A DNA stretch of 64,000 nt from Macrostomum hystrix (Eukaryota; Animalia; Platyhelminthes), in NCBI GenBank assembly GCA_950097015.1, contig CATNEN010000031.1:2976001-3040000 (forward strand), in the 5' to 3' direction. Both the position numbers and the translations under genes were made by a program. Positions 37,706 through 50,261 of the stretch are shown here, piece after piece. The stretch's first letter is position 1. Each line of letters opens with the position of its first letter. The notes under the pieces were generated by a model. That model saw only the letters and a program-made list of their open reading frames with translations, made no database searches and was not told where the DNA came from.

Positions 37706-39333
37706 CATTGCTAATCCGGGCTGCATCTCGCTGCTTTTATATATTTTTTGTTAATTAAAAGTAAAGTACTTGTCTTCGTTCCTCGAACCCAGTTTCTGTT
37801 TAAGGCAGTGTTTTCACAGTGTACTCTTTGAGCACTCTTAAGTACTCGTACTCTGGTACTCTTTAAGGGCGTAGCAATAGAGTACTCTGGTATTCATTTA
37901 AAGTGCGTACTTTGAAGTGGGCGAGTACTTTTTAAAGTGCAACGCATTTCAGTCTGTCATCATCAATCCTAATTTTGTACTATATGAAAGTGTCAATAAT
38001 CGCTGGTACATTAGTACATTCTCGCAACGTAAAATTAGTATATTTATTATTATATGCATTTTAAAGATACGTTGCTTAGTAAATAACAGATATGTTATCA
38101 GTCCCATTAATTATACCCTACGTACTGAAGTAACACAACATAATATATATGGTAACGTGGCTTGATGGCACTGCTAATGTGTGTGTCTGCCCATTCGTGT
38201 TGTTGCATGTACAAAACAAGTGCTGTTTGGATAAATCTTTCCTTTAATTATGTTTTACGTTTTTTGACAGATGGGCATAGATAGATAGGTAGATAGATCT
38301 CATACTGTCTCTCTCACTCTCCGATTCTCCGCGCTCCCTCCCGCTGTTTTAATTTTGTTTATTTTGTTCCCTAATAAAAACAAAAATTCACCCTCTCCCT
38401 CCATATGTGGGTCCCACATTCGGCTGTCAGTCAGTCAAGGAGATATTAGCGCTCATCAAGATTTTGATACAGGAGTCAATGATGCAGTAGTCTGCTCTAT
38501 TAAAGTGCTTCAGTGAGTATCCTCAGTACAAAGGCCGCAAAGTTTTGGAATATTTATTAAGTTTTTTGTTCATTTTATTGGGTGACATGATCAGAAGCAA
38601 AAAATAATTTCGAAATATTGAGCAATTAATGCACTTCGACCTGCTAAGGTGGCACACCTTCAATCTAGTTAGTTTAATTAATTCACATTGCCCTGTCGTA
38701 TCCATTTATTATATATCTTAATAAGGATTTGGATAAAAATGCCTGGTAATAAAAAACGGCAACATTTTACGCTACATATTTTAAGCCAATCTCAACAGCA
38801 TGTCTATACTCAAACTCTATACTCTTCATCATGTCTATACTCAATACTCAAATGAGTCTATACTCATACTCAAACAATAAGTCAGGGACATATCCTTACA
38901 GTTTTTATTTTTTCCGATAAATTTCTTGAAGTTATAATACTGTACCTTTGACATCTTATAACTGTATTAAATTGCCTTTTTCTGTGCAAATGTGAAAAAC
39001 GATTTTCTATGTATATTTTAAGTGCCATAGAGCTTTTGAAGGTATACATAATTAGCATAATGTAAAAAACTTATAATCGCGTGCAATTGATAAAACAGTA
39101 AGGCTAATTGGTCGAATTTTCCTAAATGATGAGACCGACATCGTCGCAGACGATATCTGTCAAAAAAAGAAAAAGCCTATGGAAGCAGCTGATTTAAGGC
39201 TATAGATGTAATGGTGATTACGACATGTACACACTACACTCAGTGGAATACCTGATAAATTAGGAGCGAGTTATGCTCGGCACGTTATTCAATCTGTTAA
39301 GTAAATGAATAGACTCATTTGCAAATTTGATTG

Positions 39334-42300
39334 TTACTCGACAGCAACTGGCAGCACTGGCACAGAGAACTGGCCAATCATAGGCAGCGCCACCTCGTCC
39401 ATTGAGAACGGCTCAAAGATCAGGTCGGCCGCCAGGCTGAAGTTCACGCCGCTCTGATCTGTGGCGATCTTTCGAAGAAAATCTTGAATCTGGTTGGCTC
39501 GAAACTGCAAGAACGGGATATTGAGAATGTTAGGTAAAATATGAACTTATAAAGTGATTGGGATTTTTTATCAAAAAGCGTCTTGCATGAGCATTACCTG
39601 TTCCTGAGTCTTGTTGCCAAACGCGTACGGCTGAAAGTCCTTCAGTTGATGGACGAAGTAAGTGGATTTCACAATTCTAATGAACTCCTGCTTCATCACT
39701 TCTGATGCCACTGGTTTCTGTTGAATTCGTTTATTTGATAGAAAATAAAATTTGAAGTTAAATTGCACAGGAATCATGATTTTGTGAATCGTTCGTGTGA
39801 ATGAATAAATTTCTGTCTCACTTACCCTGAAAGCTCGATCTCGTTTAGCGAATTCGTTCCAGCGTCTCTGCAGAATGCAATGACAAAAATTTAGATTTAA
39901 CTTTAGATCGAAATTATGAGCACTAAGTTCAAACCCCAGTGTAAAGTCACTAGCCTCACCCGCACGACATCCATGAGGTCCGGCTGGTCGGCCATTGCGG
40001 GAAACTGCACCAAGTGAGGCGCGTAGATGTCGCTGGCGCTGCGCTCAGTTGCCGGGTTGCCAAGGCTGATCTCTGAGGCCAGGACGTGTCTGTATAGGCT
40101 GTGCAACTGCAGATTGGCCAGGTTGCCCACTATTGTTGTTGGACAGGTACTAAAAAAATTCAATACGAGATTGCGAGTGCTTCTTTGGACTGAAACATGA
40201 AACATTACTCAAAACTATGAAACGGTCAGGGGCAGTGGCAATGCGCTCGGGCGCGTTTGCCTCCCGAACTCGATTCCGCTGCGAGGCCACATTCATTTGG
40301 GGCGCAGCCGCGGAGAGAAGGCTTGGAGGCTTGTCATGCAATTTACGCCTTTAAGGGCCAAGGCCTCCAAGGCACAGTGAGAGTGTACACTGCCAGACGA
40401 TGAGAAAGTCAGTGCAGATTTACACACCTGTGTGAGCGTGTGCCTGCGTACAGTACCTGTGTGCGTGTGTGCTCAGGAGTCAGCGAAATGGATAACATTG
40501 CCTCCTCGAGGCTCAGAATCGAACTCGAGACCTCTCGGTTTGGAGACCGAAACTCTTAACCAAGTGGAATGAAACCTTCGTAAATCATATAAACCGTGTT
40601 TGTTTAAACTATCCAAGAAGCTTAAGAAGTTTAATCAGCATGCTTTCCAACTCACTCCATAAATTCTTTGGTCTCCTTGTTGGGCAGTGACAGCTTCAAC
40701 TGAATGTGCGGTTGAGAGCGGGCTCCGCGCTGACTTCCCGATTGGCCTGCTCGACACAATGCGAAGTGTGCATGGGAGATATTATGCGACTGCTTATATG
40801 ATAACAATGCCAGCAAAAATAAAGGAAAGCTTCGAGGTTAGCTTAAGCCACTGGTAGTTTGTGTAAGACTGCAAAACGGGATCTTTATGGCGCTTTTTTG
40901 GCGCCAGATCTGCTCAAGTTGTCCCTGAAAAAGGAACATGATGGTCATCGTTTAAATAGAGGATCAACGCAATGCCTTCTTAATGGACACCAGACCTCAA
41001 ATTGAGTAAATTGTTTGAAATGTTTCAAATTGTCAAAAAACTGACAACAAGTAATTTACATTTTTAGGGCAATCAAATTTCGGGGCTAAAGTAGGTCACC
41101 TGTGTTAAAATTAGTTTAACGGGGTTTTCCAAAGCTGTCTAAAAATAGCAACAGCTCATTCCTCATCGACCAATCGAATTAGCTGAAGTCAGTCACGTGC
41201 TTGGTTTCGGATAGGTTTAAGAGTGATTTTCCAGTGGATTTTCTAAAAATAGCAACAGCTCATTCCTCATCGACCAATCGAATTAGCTGAAGTCAGTCAC
41301 GTGCTTGGTTTCGGATAGGTTTAAGAGTGATTTTCCAGTGGATTTTCTAAAAATAGCAACAGCTCATTCCTCATCGACCAATCGGATTGGCAGAAGTCAG
41401 TCACGTGTTCCATTTCGAATAAGTTTAAAAGCGGTTTTTCAGATTCCTGTATAAGAAAGTAATCCTTGACAGTCTCCGTGTAGATTTTTTGGTGATCGCG
41501 TCCCACTGTTTTCATTTGGAAATTAACTTCAGATTGGCCTTAAGATTTTGACTTGTCTATTTGATTATTTTTTGGCTAATATTAATGGGATTTAGAGTGC
41601 CCTAAATATTTATGATGTTTTGTTAAAAATATAAATAGAAATAATTAAAAGTGGCTCCTACCAAGCTTCGAATCCACTTCTTGCTTCTGATCAAATGGGG
41701 TACCACCCTCGAGCTGCAGATCGAATGCCCTGAAAAATAAAAATAAAAAAATGACTGACTGACTGACTGACTGACTGACTGACTGACTGACTGACTGACT
41801 GACTGACTGAAGTCAACTACTCACTTGGCCGGGGTTGGGCCACCGTTTTCGTCGAATAGAGGAACAGTCACGTGACCAATGCTAAGCTCAATCGGCTCCG
41901 AGTTCTGAAAAATGTTAATAAAGATTATTATAAGTTGAAATGAAATGAACACATGACTGCCATCCTTAATAACTTAACTCCCTGCAACCCACACAGCCCC
42001 GCAACACTGCTTCACCAAGCGGGACTTGCCTCGCTTTTGCATATAACAGTGGCTTCCAGCAACAGCTGGACATTGTTACGAGCGCCGCCGTAGCGCATGT
42101 ATGCCTCGCCATAGTCCAGGCCGGAAACAGCATCGGTGGCTCGCGTGCCGAACGTCCAGACGCGTTCGTCCTTCGGCGTCACCGCGGCTCGCACGGTGTG
42201 CACGTTTGACACCGGGCCCTGGCCATCGAAGAGGCACATGCGAACGAACCGGTCGATAACTTGTGCCGCTAAGGGGTACAACAGTGGGATCAAAGCTCGA

Positions 42301-45300
42301 ATTACCTGATTGAAACTGTGTTCACGGGGATTGGAGCTGTGTTCACGGGGATTCGAGCAGTGTTCACGGGGATTGGAGCAGTGTTCACGGGAATTGGAGC
42401 AGTGTTCACGGGGATTGGAGCAGTGTTCACGGGGATTGGAGCAGTGTTCACGGGGATTGGAGCTGTGTTCACGGATATTGGAGCTGTGTTCTAGGGGATT
42501 TGAGCTGTGTTTAAGGGGATTGGAGCAGTGTTCACGGGGATTGGAGCAGTGTTCACGGGGATTGGAGCAGTGTTCACGGGGATTGGAGCAGTGTTCACGG
42601 GGATTGGAGCAGTGTTCACGGGGATTGGAGCTGTGTTCTAGGGGATTGGAGCAGTGTTCACGGGGATTGGAGCTGTGTTTATGGGGATTGGAGATGCGTT
42701 CACGGGAATTGGAGCTGTGTTTATGGGGATTGGAGCAGTGTTCACGGGGATTGGAGCAGTGTTCACGGGGATTGGAGCTGTGTTCACGGGGATTGGAGAT
42801 GCGTTCACGGGAATTGGAGCTGTGTTTATGGGGATTGGAGCAGTGTTCACGGGGATTGGAGCTGTGTTCACGGGAATTGGAGCTGTGATCACGGGACTCA
42901 CTCACACGAGCTCACAAAGGTCACAGGCAACTTACGCAATCCCGCTGGCATTAGCTGGCATTTCTGCAGGTGCACGAGCTTCTCAATACGTGACGCAACG
43001 GGTCGAACCTTTTTCAGTGAAATTAAGGGTGTGCAAGTGACTGTACACTTATCGAATTCTAGCACATTAGTAAATTAAGCTGCAAATGCATTATTATAAT
43101 TTATAGTTGAAAAAATGTTACCATGCTGCTACAAAATACTTCAATGCAAAAATAAGTAGTGGTTTGAAATTTAAGGTTCTTATATATTAATAATATAAGA
43201 ACCTGTAAGTTATATCAATGGTTGCTGTATATAATACAGGAGATTGACTATATGGTTTGTGTTTAAAATTATAAAACAAAAGCATTACATATAATTTATT
43301 TCATTTTCGGCGTCGTTCGGTTAAAATCAAATAACTCTACTGTTAGTAGCACGAGTTAGTTGTGAAGCATTCATGACGGTTAGTGTGTGAACAGAACATT
43401 AACTCACAATATACACAAGCTTTTTCTTAGAACGCTGCCAGATAAAGTCAAATATATTTAAACAGAGGCACGTGTGTGTAGGCATTCAAGTTTATAACTT
43501 AGGTCATTGTGGTTATTTTTCGGAAATCTAGTATATCTAGCTAGTATTGGTTTTGTCGCGCTATGTGGAACCAAGGACCCCTGAATAGAAGCATAGAAGC
43601 ATAGATGCTATTTATAGAAGTCCTTGTGTGGAACAGTGGACATGCAAAACGGAACGGCCCATGGAATTCTATGGCCGAGCGTTTTAATTAACACGAGAAA
43701 GTAAGCCAAGTAAGACAACTCAAATTGTCATGCTGAGCCATGTTCCATGAGCCATGGAACGATGAGCCAGAATAGAATTCCATGGGCCGTTCCGTTTTGC
43801 ATGTCCACTGTTCCACATAGCGCGACAAAACCAATATCTATGGGCTAATCACGGTTGTTCTGACGATTTCACTATTTCTGTTATCAATTTGTTTATAATC
43901 TGTGGCAGTTCTGACATGTACAAATACAATATGCTTAAAATGGCACTTCATCATTCTATTTTTTAATTACTATTCGTCGGTTACCATAGTGCGTTAAGAA
44001 AGCATAAATATTCTTAATTTATTTATCTAAATAACCTTTGTTAAGCAACCGCTTTTTATTAATATTATACCTGAGGCGTGCAGCCCCAGCCATCCTGCAG
44101 CGACATGCAGGAGGCTGCGAGCTTCGGATGAAGCATACTCTGCAGTGTGAACTGCTGGCCTGGATAGCGCTTGGTGCCTATTAGTTGTGCGGGTGTTCGG
44201 TTTGGTAAGCCTGCGACACTGCGACACGCTTACTTTAGGGAATGACTTTAAGTCATAATATTTATCTTTGATATTAGATGTAATATTGACGCTCCCATAA
44301 CTGAACTTTTATTTATCAAGTTTTATTGTGGCAGCTATTTTTAACAGGGATTTCCCACAGGGTTTTTTTTTAAATAGCTACGACCGGTTCTCTGACTGCT
44401 AGGGAATTCCAATCAGGGTTTCTAAAAATAGCAAATTCCACACTTTTTTCTTCAGTAGTAGACCACGCTATTTTCACCCCCAGGGGGGGTAATTTAAATA
44501 CACACTGCCTACTTCACGATTTCTCCGAAACCGAATGACCGATTTTAGTCAAATCACACCGTTAATGATTAAAATTTCCAGCCATTTATAATTAACTAAC
44601 TTTCGAAGCCGTCCGACGTCAGCATAGTCGAGATATTCAAGTGATTCTTGTCGAAGACCCTGGTGACAAGGACAACTAACATTGCTCTGTATAAAACTCT
44701 ATGGAGAATCCAGGAAAAATTGGGGGTTATTTGGAATACCCAATCCTTCTGCGGTTAAGGGACTAGGTAAATGCCAATTTAAACCTAAGTAGAATATCGT
44801 TACTTTCTACAGAAAATCTCCCCCGAGTACAGCTTGTGACACAATAGCTCATAATTTCAAATTATTTAAACATTTATTTTTGTAGGCCGATGCATTTTAG
44901 TTCGCTCACCTTCGTAGAACCACCTGGCCAGGCTGCTCACGCGGAAGCCGGATGGCATACCGGGCGGCGGCTGATGCGTGGCGGCGATCATTTGCTGCAA
45001 TTTTTCAGGATCAGGGTCAGGGATTTTTGTTAGTCACGGAGGATTACTAAGGACACATTTTCCGTTTGGTAATCACGAATGTGAAACTTGTGCGGGTTTG
45101 TGTTTTCGAAGTGTCACAACCTATTAATAATTCACACTATTATTTAGCTACTGGCAGTAGTGAAGTTTAAAATCGAAAGGCTCTATGGATTGCTGCTATT
45201 TTTAGCATCTGCACGGCCAAGTTAAGGAAACTAATTATGGTGATGCGCTAAGCATGCCATTGTTAACAGAAATAGGAGTGAGTTCTACAAAAGCGCGATA

Positions 45301-48300
45301 GGCATGGAAGATTTTCGATAAAAGAAATTTGTGGTCAAAACTTCAGATTTCTGAATCAGAATCAGCACAAATTTCTGAAAACGGAGTGCGGTAGAGCTGA
45401 CGGGTTGAGGGTTGGCAGGGAGTGAGGTGGAGCTTACGGGTTAAGGTTTGGCAGGGAGTGAGGTGGAGCTGAGGGGTTGGGGTTAGCAGGGAGTGAGGTG
45501 GAGCTGAGGGGTTGAGGGTTAGCAGGCAGCGAGGTGGAGCTGAGGGGTTGGGGTTAGCACGGAGTGAGGTGGAGCTGAGGGGTTGGGTTTAGCAGGGAGT
45601 GAGGTGGAGCTGAGGGGTTGAGGGTTAGCAGGCAGCGAGGTGGAGCTGAGGGGTTGGGGTTAGCACGGAGTGAGGTGGAGCTGAGGGGTTGGGGTTAGCA
45701 CGGAGTGAGGTGGAGGTGGATCAGACTGCAAGCGCATGGTGTCACTCGGGCAAAGCGAGATGAATACGCATGAGTTTACCGCCACAGTGAAATATGCTGA
45801 CCGGCCAAGCCACACCAATTTAAGCTCTATCGCTAGATCGCGCCTCACATTCATATTCTAAGATTTCCTACGGATAAAAATACCTGGACCAAGTTCAGTG
45901 CAGCAGACAATTCTACCTCAGTAGCTAGAGCACCAGATTCGTCGTCATAATCGACATCGTCCTCAGATTCTTCACCCTTTTTATGTTTGACGAAGTTGTT
46001 CTTTAATTGGGTTTGAAATTCAAGATAAAAGGACAAAAAGACAGAAAGTGATGCTCTCAAGATTCAGAGCAGTTGACGTACCTCGGCTTCACCTGTTCCA
46101 TGGGACGCATCGTGTATAATCCTGAAAATTTTCAGATTTGAAGTTTAATTGGACTTTTTTAAAAACTTATTTCTTAAAAAATAGAAAGATCACGCCATTT
46201 TCCTAGACCACAGGTATTTTAAATACACGCTGCCCACTTCACGCCAGCTCCCAAACCGAATGACCGATTTTTTGTGAAAGTCCACAAAATAGATCACAAT
46301 TTTCTGGTGACAAGGATGACTAACATTGCTCTGTATAAACTTCTATGGCGAATCCTTATTGGTTCAAGTATATAATAGTTAAGTATAAGCAATACAATAT
46401 ATAAAAAATGATGTCAGAATGGTTACATCATGAAATTTTGTAGGCAAAACAATTGCGAGTATATTGGTGGCTTTTGCCCCGTCGAGAATCGTTGAATATC
46501 TCGAAAATGACGACACTTTGTGATTTTAGTCTTTGTTTTGGATTTTCATGACAATTGGTGGAATATTTTGGAAGATGAAAATGAAAAATATAAATTTATT
46601 ATTTGAACTTCCCGTGTGGTCTTTCTGCTTTTAAGCAGCCATTTACAGATATTAAACTCACCCAGTAGCAGCCGACGTCGTGTCAGCCTGTGTGACCTCC
46701 TCGAACTCGGAGCCGTCATCCGTTTCATCCTCGAAGTCGTCATCTCTAGCGGCTTGAGGGACCAGACGAAGATAGTTTCCGGGCACCAGGCCCTCGTGAC
46801 CCCGGGCGTTCCTGGCCAGCCACCATCCATCGGGGCTGGCACAATTTTTGAAAAGCGAGGCTTGCAATAAAACGGAGCCAATAGCGATTTTCTGTACGCA
46901 GGTACACACTCGCACAGGTGTGTACATCTGCCCTGACTTTCTCATCGTCAGGCAGTGTGCACTTTCACTGTGCCTTGGAGGTCGGCCCTCAAGGGCTTCA
47001 ATTGCACGAAAAGCCCCCAAGCCTTCTCTCCGTGGCTGCGCCCCAAATAAAAGCGGCCTCGCCGCGGAATCGAACTCAGGGACCTTAGCGCGAGACGCGT
47101 TAACCACTCTGCCACCGACCCCCTGCGAAGATCGTTAGTTTATCAAAGCATATTCACCTAACAAAAACTAAACTTTATCAATGAATTCCAAAAGATTTTA
47201 ACTGATGAATTTTAACATTTTGAACAATGCCCCACTGCCTATTAGCAAAATATTATTGACTTCGTTGCCAACAATGTCTCAAGATATTTGGCTCTCAGTC
47301 GATCAGCAAACGTTTCCAGGCTACTAACCCGACTTTGAGCACAGTGAGCAGCTCGCCCCTCTGGATGGACATTATGTCCGGATCGCTGTCAGAGTGCGCC
47401 TGCAGCGCCTCGTATCTGTTGGGCTGCGGGAGTGGTTGCGAATCAGTTGACAAAGCTTGCCTTCACCTGCTGCCAGGTGGCCGATGCACTTTATGCTCTC
47501 GCTGAGGATACTTCTAAAATCGCTCACCTCATTCGGTCCTAGAGTGCGCATATTCTCGAAATCGTACTCGCTTGTCTCCTCCTCTTCCTCGTCCTCTTCG
47601 TCGAAGTCATCTCCGCCTTCCTCCAACTGTCCGACGGCCGAAGTTCCCGGCGTCGATGTCGACGATTGGGGCATGGCGACTTCCTTCTGACGCGGCGCGG
47701 GCGTAGGCGGCGCAGCTGGAGCCGGTGCAGTCACCGTGGTGTGAGAAGTGGAAGGCGCGGCAACTGATGACTGAAGCTGCGTTGCCTGCTGAGTCATTAT
47801 CATGTCGTAGGTGGCACCACCGTCCTCGGGCTCGCTAGAAAATTCCTCATCCTCTTCCTCTTCATCCTCTTCATAATCGTTATTTGCCGAGCTTGATGGC
47901 GGAACCGCGGCGGCAGCCGCGGCTGACACAGTGTGGTCCTTGGTTGGGGCAATCACCGCCTCATTCACCTCTGACTCTTGAACTTTCTTTGCTTTCGAAT
48001 CTTTATCAGAATCTTTCTTGTTCTTCTTGTCCTCCTTCGGCTCCTCGACCTCCTTGCTCTTCCGCTTATCTTTCTTGTCCTCTTTTGATTCCTCGATTTT
48101 CTTCTTGTCCTTCTTATCCCTGTCCTTGTCCTCCTTCGGCTCCTTCGGCTCCTCGACCTCCTTGCTCTTCCGCTTGTCTTTCGTGTCCTCTTTTGATTCC
48201 TCGACCTTCTTCTTGTCCTTCTTGTCCTTGTCCTTCTTGTCCTCCTTCGGCTCCTTCGGCTCCTCGACCTCCTTGCTCTTCCGCTTGTCTTTCTTGTCCT

Positions 48301-49959
48301 CTTTTGATTCCTCGACCTTCTTCTTGTCCTTCTTGTCCTTCTTGTCCTTCTTGTCCTCCTTCGGCTCCTCGACCTCCTTGCTTTTCTTCTTGTCTTTCTT
48401 GTCCTCTTTTGATTCCTCGACCTTCTTCTCGTCCTTCTTGTCCTTGTCCTTCGTGTCCTTCTTGTCCTTCGTGTCCTTCTTGTCCTTCGTGTCCTTCTTG
48501 TCCTTCGTGTCCTTCTTGTCCTTCGTGTCCTTCTTGTCCTTCGTGTCCTCTTTCGTCACTTGTTCACCCTCTTCCTCCTCCTCCTCTTCCGCCTCCGTCT
48601 TCTTCGACTTAGCAGCTTTAGACTTCGCCTCCTTCGCTTTCTTGTCCTTCTTGCCTTCCTTTGATGTCTTTGATTTGACACCGTCCTTCTCGTCGGCAGC
48701 ACCATCGTCTTCTTCGGCGTCAACCTTTCCTTTCTTTCCGCTGTCTTTCTTTTTCTTGTCGTCGTCTTTCTTTGGCTTCTTCTCCTCCCCGGCTGTTGAC
48801 TTCTCCGAATCTTTTCGCGACTTTTTGTCGTCTTTTTTGCTGTCATTCTTGTCCTTCTTCTTTGATGCCTCAACCTCTTGCTTGTCTTTCTTTTTGTCTT
48901 TTGACTTCTTGTCCTTCTTGTCAGACTTCTTGTCCTCTTCCTTTCCTTTTACGGAATCCTTCTGCTTGGCTGTCACGGTCTTCTCTTGGGATTTTTCATC
49001 ATCATCATCATCTTCTTCTTCTTCGTCCTGTTCTTCAAGTTGTTTCTTATCTACTTTGGGACCCTCTTGTTCCTCTTCATCGGTGTCCTCAAAGTCATTT
49101 TCGATCTCAGACTTCTTGGCGGATGTGACAGACTTTCTGTCTTCGTCGTCAACTTCCACTTTGTTCTTTCCCTTCTTGTCGTCCTTTCCTCCCTTGCCTT
49201 TACTAGAATCTTTTTTATCCTTTTTACTCTTGTCCTTGCCATTATCCGTCTGCTCATTGTCTTTTTTCTTTTTCCCCTTCTTATCGATCGACTTCTCCGG
49301 TTCATCTTCATCTTCATCCTTTGGCACCTCGATTTGCAGTTTGATCATGGCCTTCTCTGCCTTCGTCTTGAAAATTGATTTAAAAGTTAATCCATAAAAT
49401 GTTATTAGAATAAATATTCGATTCATATTTCATATTTTAAAACGCTCTTACCAGTTCGTCCTGAAGCGACTTTAATAGTCCAGACTTCTTGGAGTCGAGC
49501 ATCAGTATCTTCTTCGATGGCTATAAACGAAGACGATAAAGCCCATTTCGTGCTTGGAAAAATAATGACAGTAAGTTAGTTTAAAACTAATTTAAGGTAA
49601 AAAAAATACCTCGAAGTCTTTTATTTCTTGAGCGTACTCTTTTTTCTTGTCTCGAAATTCGGAGTACCTGAAAATTGAAAATCAGGGCAAGGGCAAGAGT
49701 TCATTCTAGTTCGTTTAAGTAATCTATAGAATCTAAAACTAATGGTATTATCAAAAGAACCTTTTCTGTTGCTTCTCCGCATCATCATCAGGTAGTGACG
49801 CACAGAAAGCCTTAATCTGAAAGGTAAATCAATCGATACACAAATAATTTCACAATTTGTGAAGCTGGAAAGTATGCATAAGAGTCCCCAACAATAGACA
49901 AAAAATACCTCTTTAGCAAAAGTGTCCACTTGTTTTTTTAACCCACTGAAGTCACTCAT
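39334..49959 (-). CDS. NPHP1: Nephrocystin-1, about 1265 aa, 20 exons
   Basis: Exons 49959-49909, 49816-49761, 49667-49610, 49520-49452, 49366-47528, 47423-47329, 46835-46662, 46121-46082, 46000-45884, 44994-44910, 44210-44071, 43008-42936, 42268-42030, 41904-41825, 41729-41662, 40746-40656, 40149-39960, 39867-39826, 39717-39598, 39504-39334; all phases consistent. SH3 (YEAL..IQRGELLTVL / PDGWWLARNARGHEGLVPGNYL) and nephrocystin homology domain motifs (PSGFRVSSL, RFVRMCLFDG..SNVHTVRA, LFDENG, EGGTPF, QPDLMDVVR, FEPFS). Confidence 0.93.
40226..40508 (+). mobile_element. SINE family B copy (degenerate head, 3'-truncated) in an NPHP1 intron
   Basis: Body matches the other family B copies; abutted at 40510-40568 by another tRNA-like head on the minus strand. 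Confidence 0.8.
41141..41420. repeat. 104-bp tandem repeat, about 2.7 copies
   Basis: AAAAATAGCAACAGCTCATTCCTCATCGACCAATCG starts at 41141, 41245 and 41349. Confidence 0.9.
41752..41810. repeat. (TGAC)n microsatellite filling most of a short NPHP1 intron
   Basis: About 14 perfect units. Confidence 0.97.
42312..42896. repeat. 21-bp minisatellite (GATTGGAGCAGTGTTCACGGG) in an NPHP1 intron
   Basis: Visible tandem units. Confidence 0.96.
43545..43836. mobile_element. MITE/foldback element with about 65-bp TIRs, left TIR interrupted by a 55-bp nested insertion
   Basis: TATTGGTTTTGTCGCGCTATGTGGAAC..GGAATTCTAT is matched by a perfect reverse complement ending at 43836. Confidence 0.8.
43572..43626. 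mobile_element. 55-bp hAT-like mini-element with 7-bp TIRs and 8-bp TSD
   Basis: CAAGGAC..GTCCTTG flanked by TGTGGAAC duplicated at 43564-43571 and 43627-43634. Confidence 0.75.
44460..44712. repeat. Dispersed interspersed repeat; related copy at 46203-46352
   Basis: Shared blocks TAGACCAC, TTTAAATACAC, AAACCGAATGACCGATTTT and CTGGTGACAAGGA..CTAACATTGCTCTGTATAAA. Confidence 0.7.
45395..45716. repeat. G-rich 35/36-bp minisatellite (GGGAGTGAGGTGGAGCTGAGGGGTTGGGGTTAGCA)
   Basis: About 9 visible units. Confidence 0.92.
46890..47123 (-). mobile_element. SINE family B copy in the intron that splits the NPHP1 SH3 domain
   Basis: Head GGTGGCAGAGTGGTTAACG..GAGTTCGATTCC; body matches the other family B copies. 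Confidence 0.85.
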
Positions 49960-50261
49960 TTTGATGGGCGGAATGTTAATGAGCTGATAAAAATGGTTAG
50001 AAAAAGCATGTCAAAAAACCGATGTCGCTATTATGCCAATTTAATTTTGCAAAAGTTATTAGCGATATAAAAGCAGCTCTGTACTTTTTTTACCAATAAT
50101 TAGGTGAGAGTATAATATATTTAGGTTTGAAAGATTGCAATTTCATAGTGTTTGTTATACTTAGTATCTAAGTTAAGCGAAGTAATTTGGATTCGGGTAT
50201 TTTTTCGTTTTTCAAGTCGGCGTGATCGACATTTTTGGATTTATTTTGATTTTTATTCACC

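Noticed and set aside
40510-40568. tRNA-Trp-like sequence on the minus strand
   Set aside because: The anticodon loop is not 7 nt and there is no acceptor stem; it is a SINE-head relic.
40840-40924. Extra NPHP1 exon after the TTTTCAG acceptor at 40925
   Set aside because: The required phase gives a stop after 13 codons; the flanking exons join in frame without it.
42310-42905. REHCSNP/GLEQCSR repeat ORFs
   Set aside because: They are a 21-bp intronic minisatellite; only 42268-42030 of the 297-aa ORF is real NPHP1 exon.
47884-49397. 459-aa Ser/Phe/Leu-rich plus-strand ORF and overlapping ORFs
   Set aside because: They are antisense shadows of the purine-rich NPHP1 Lys/Asp/Glu exon.
49960-50261. 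X-box in the NPHP1-TCTN spacer
   Set aside because: Only weak half-site resemblances were found, with no canonical motif.
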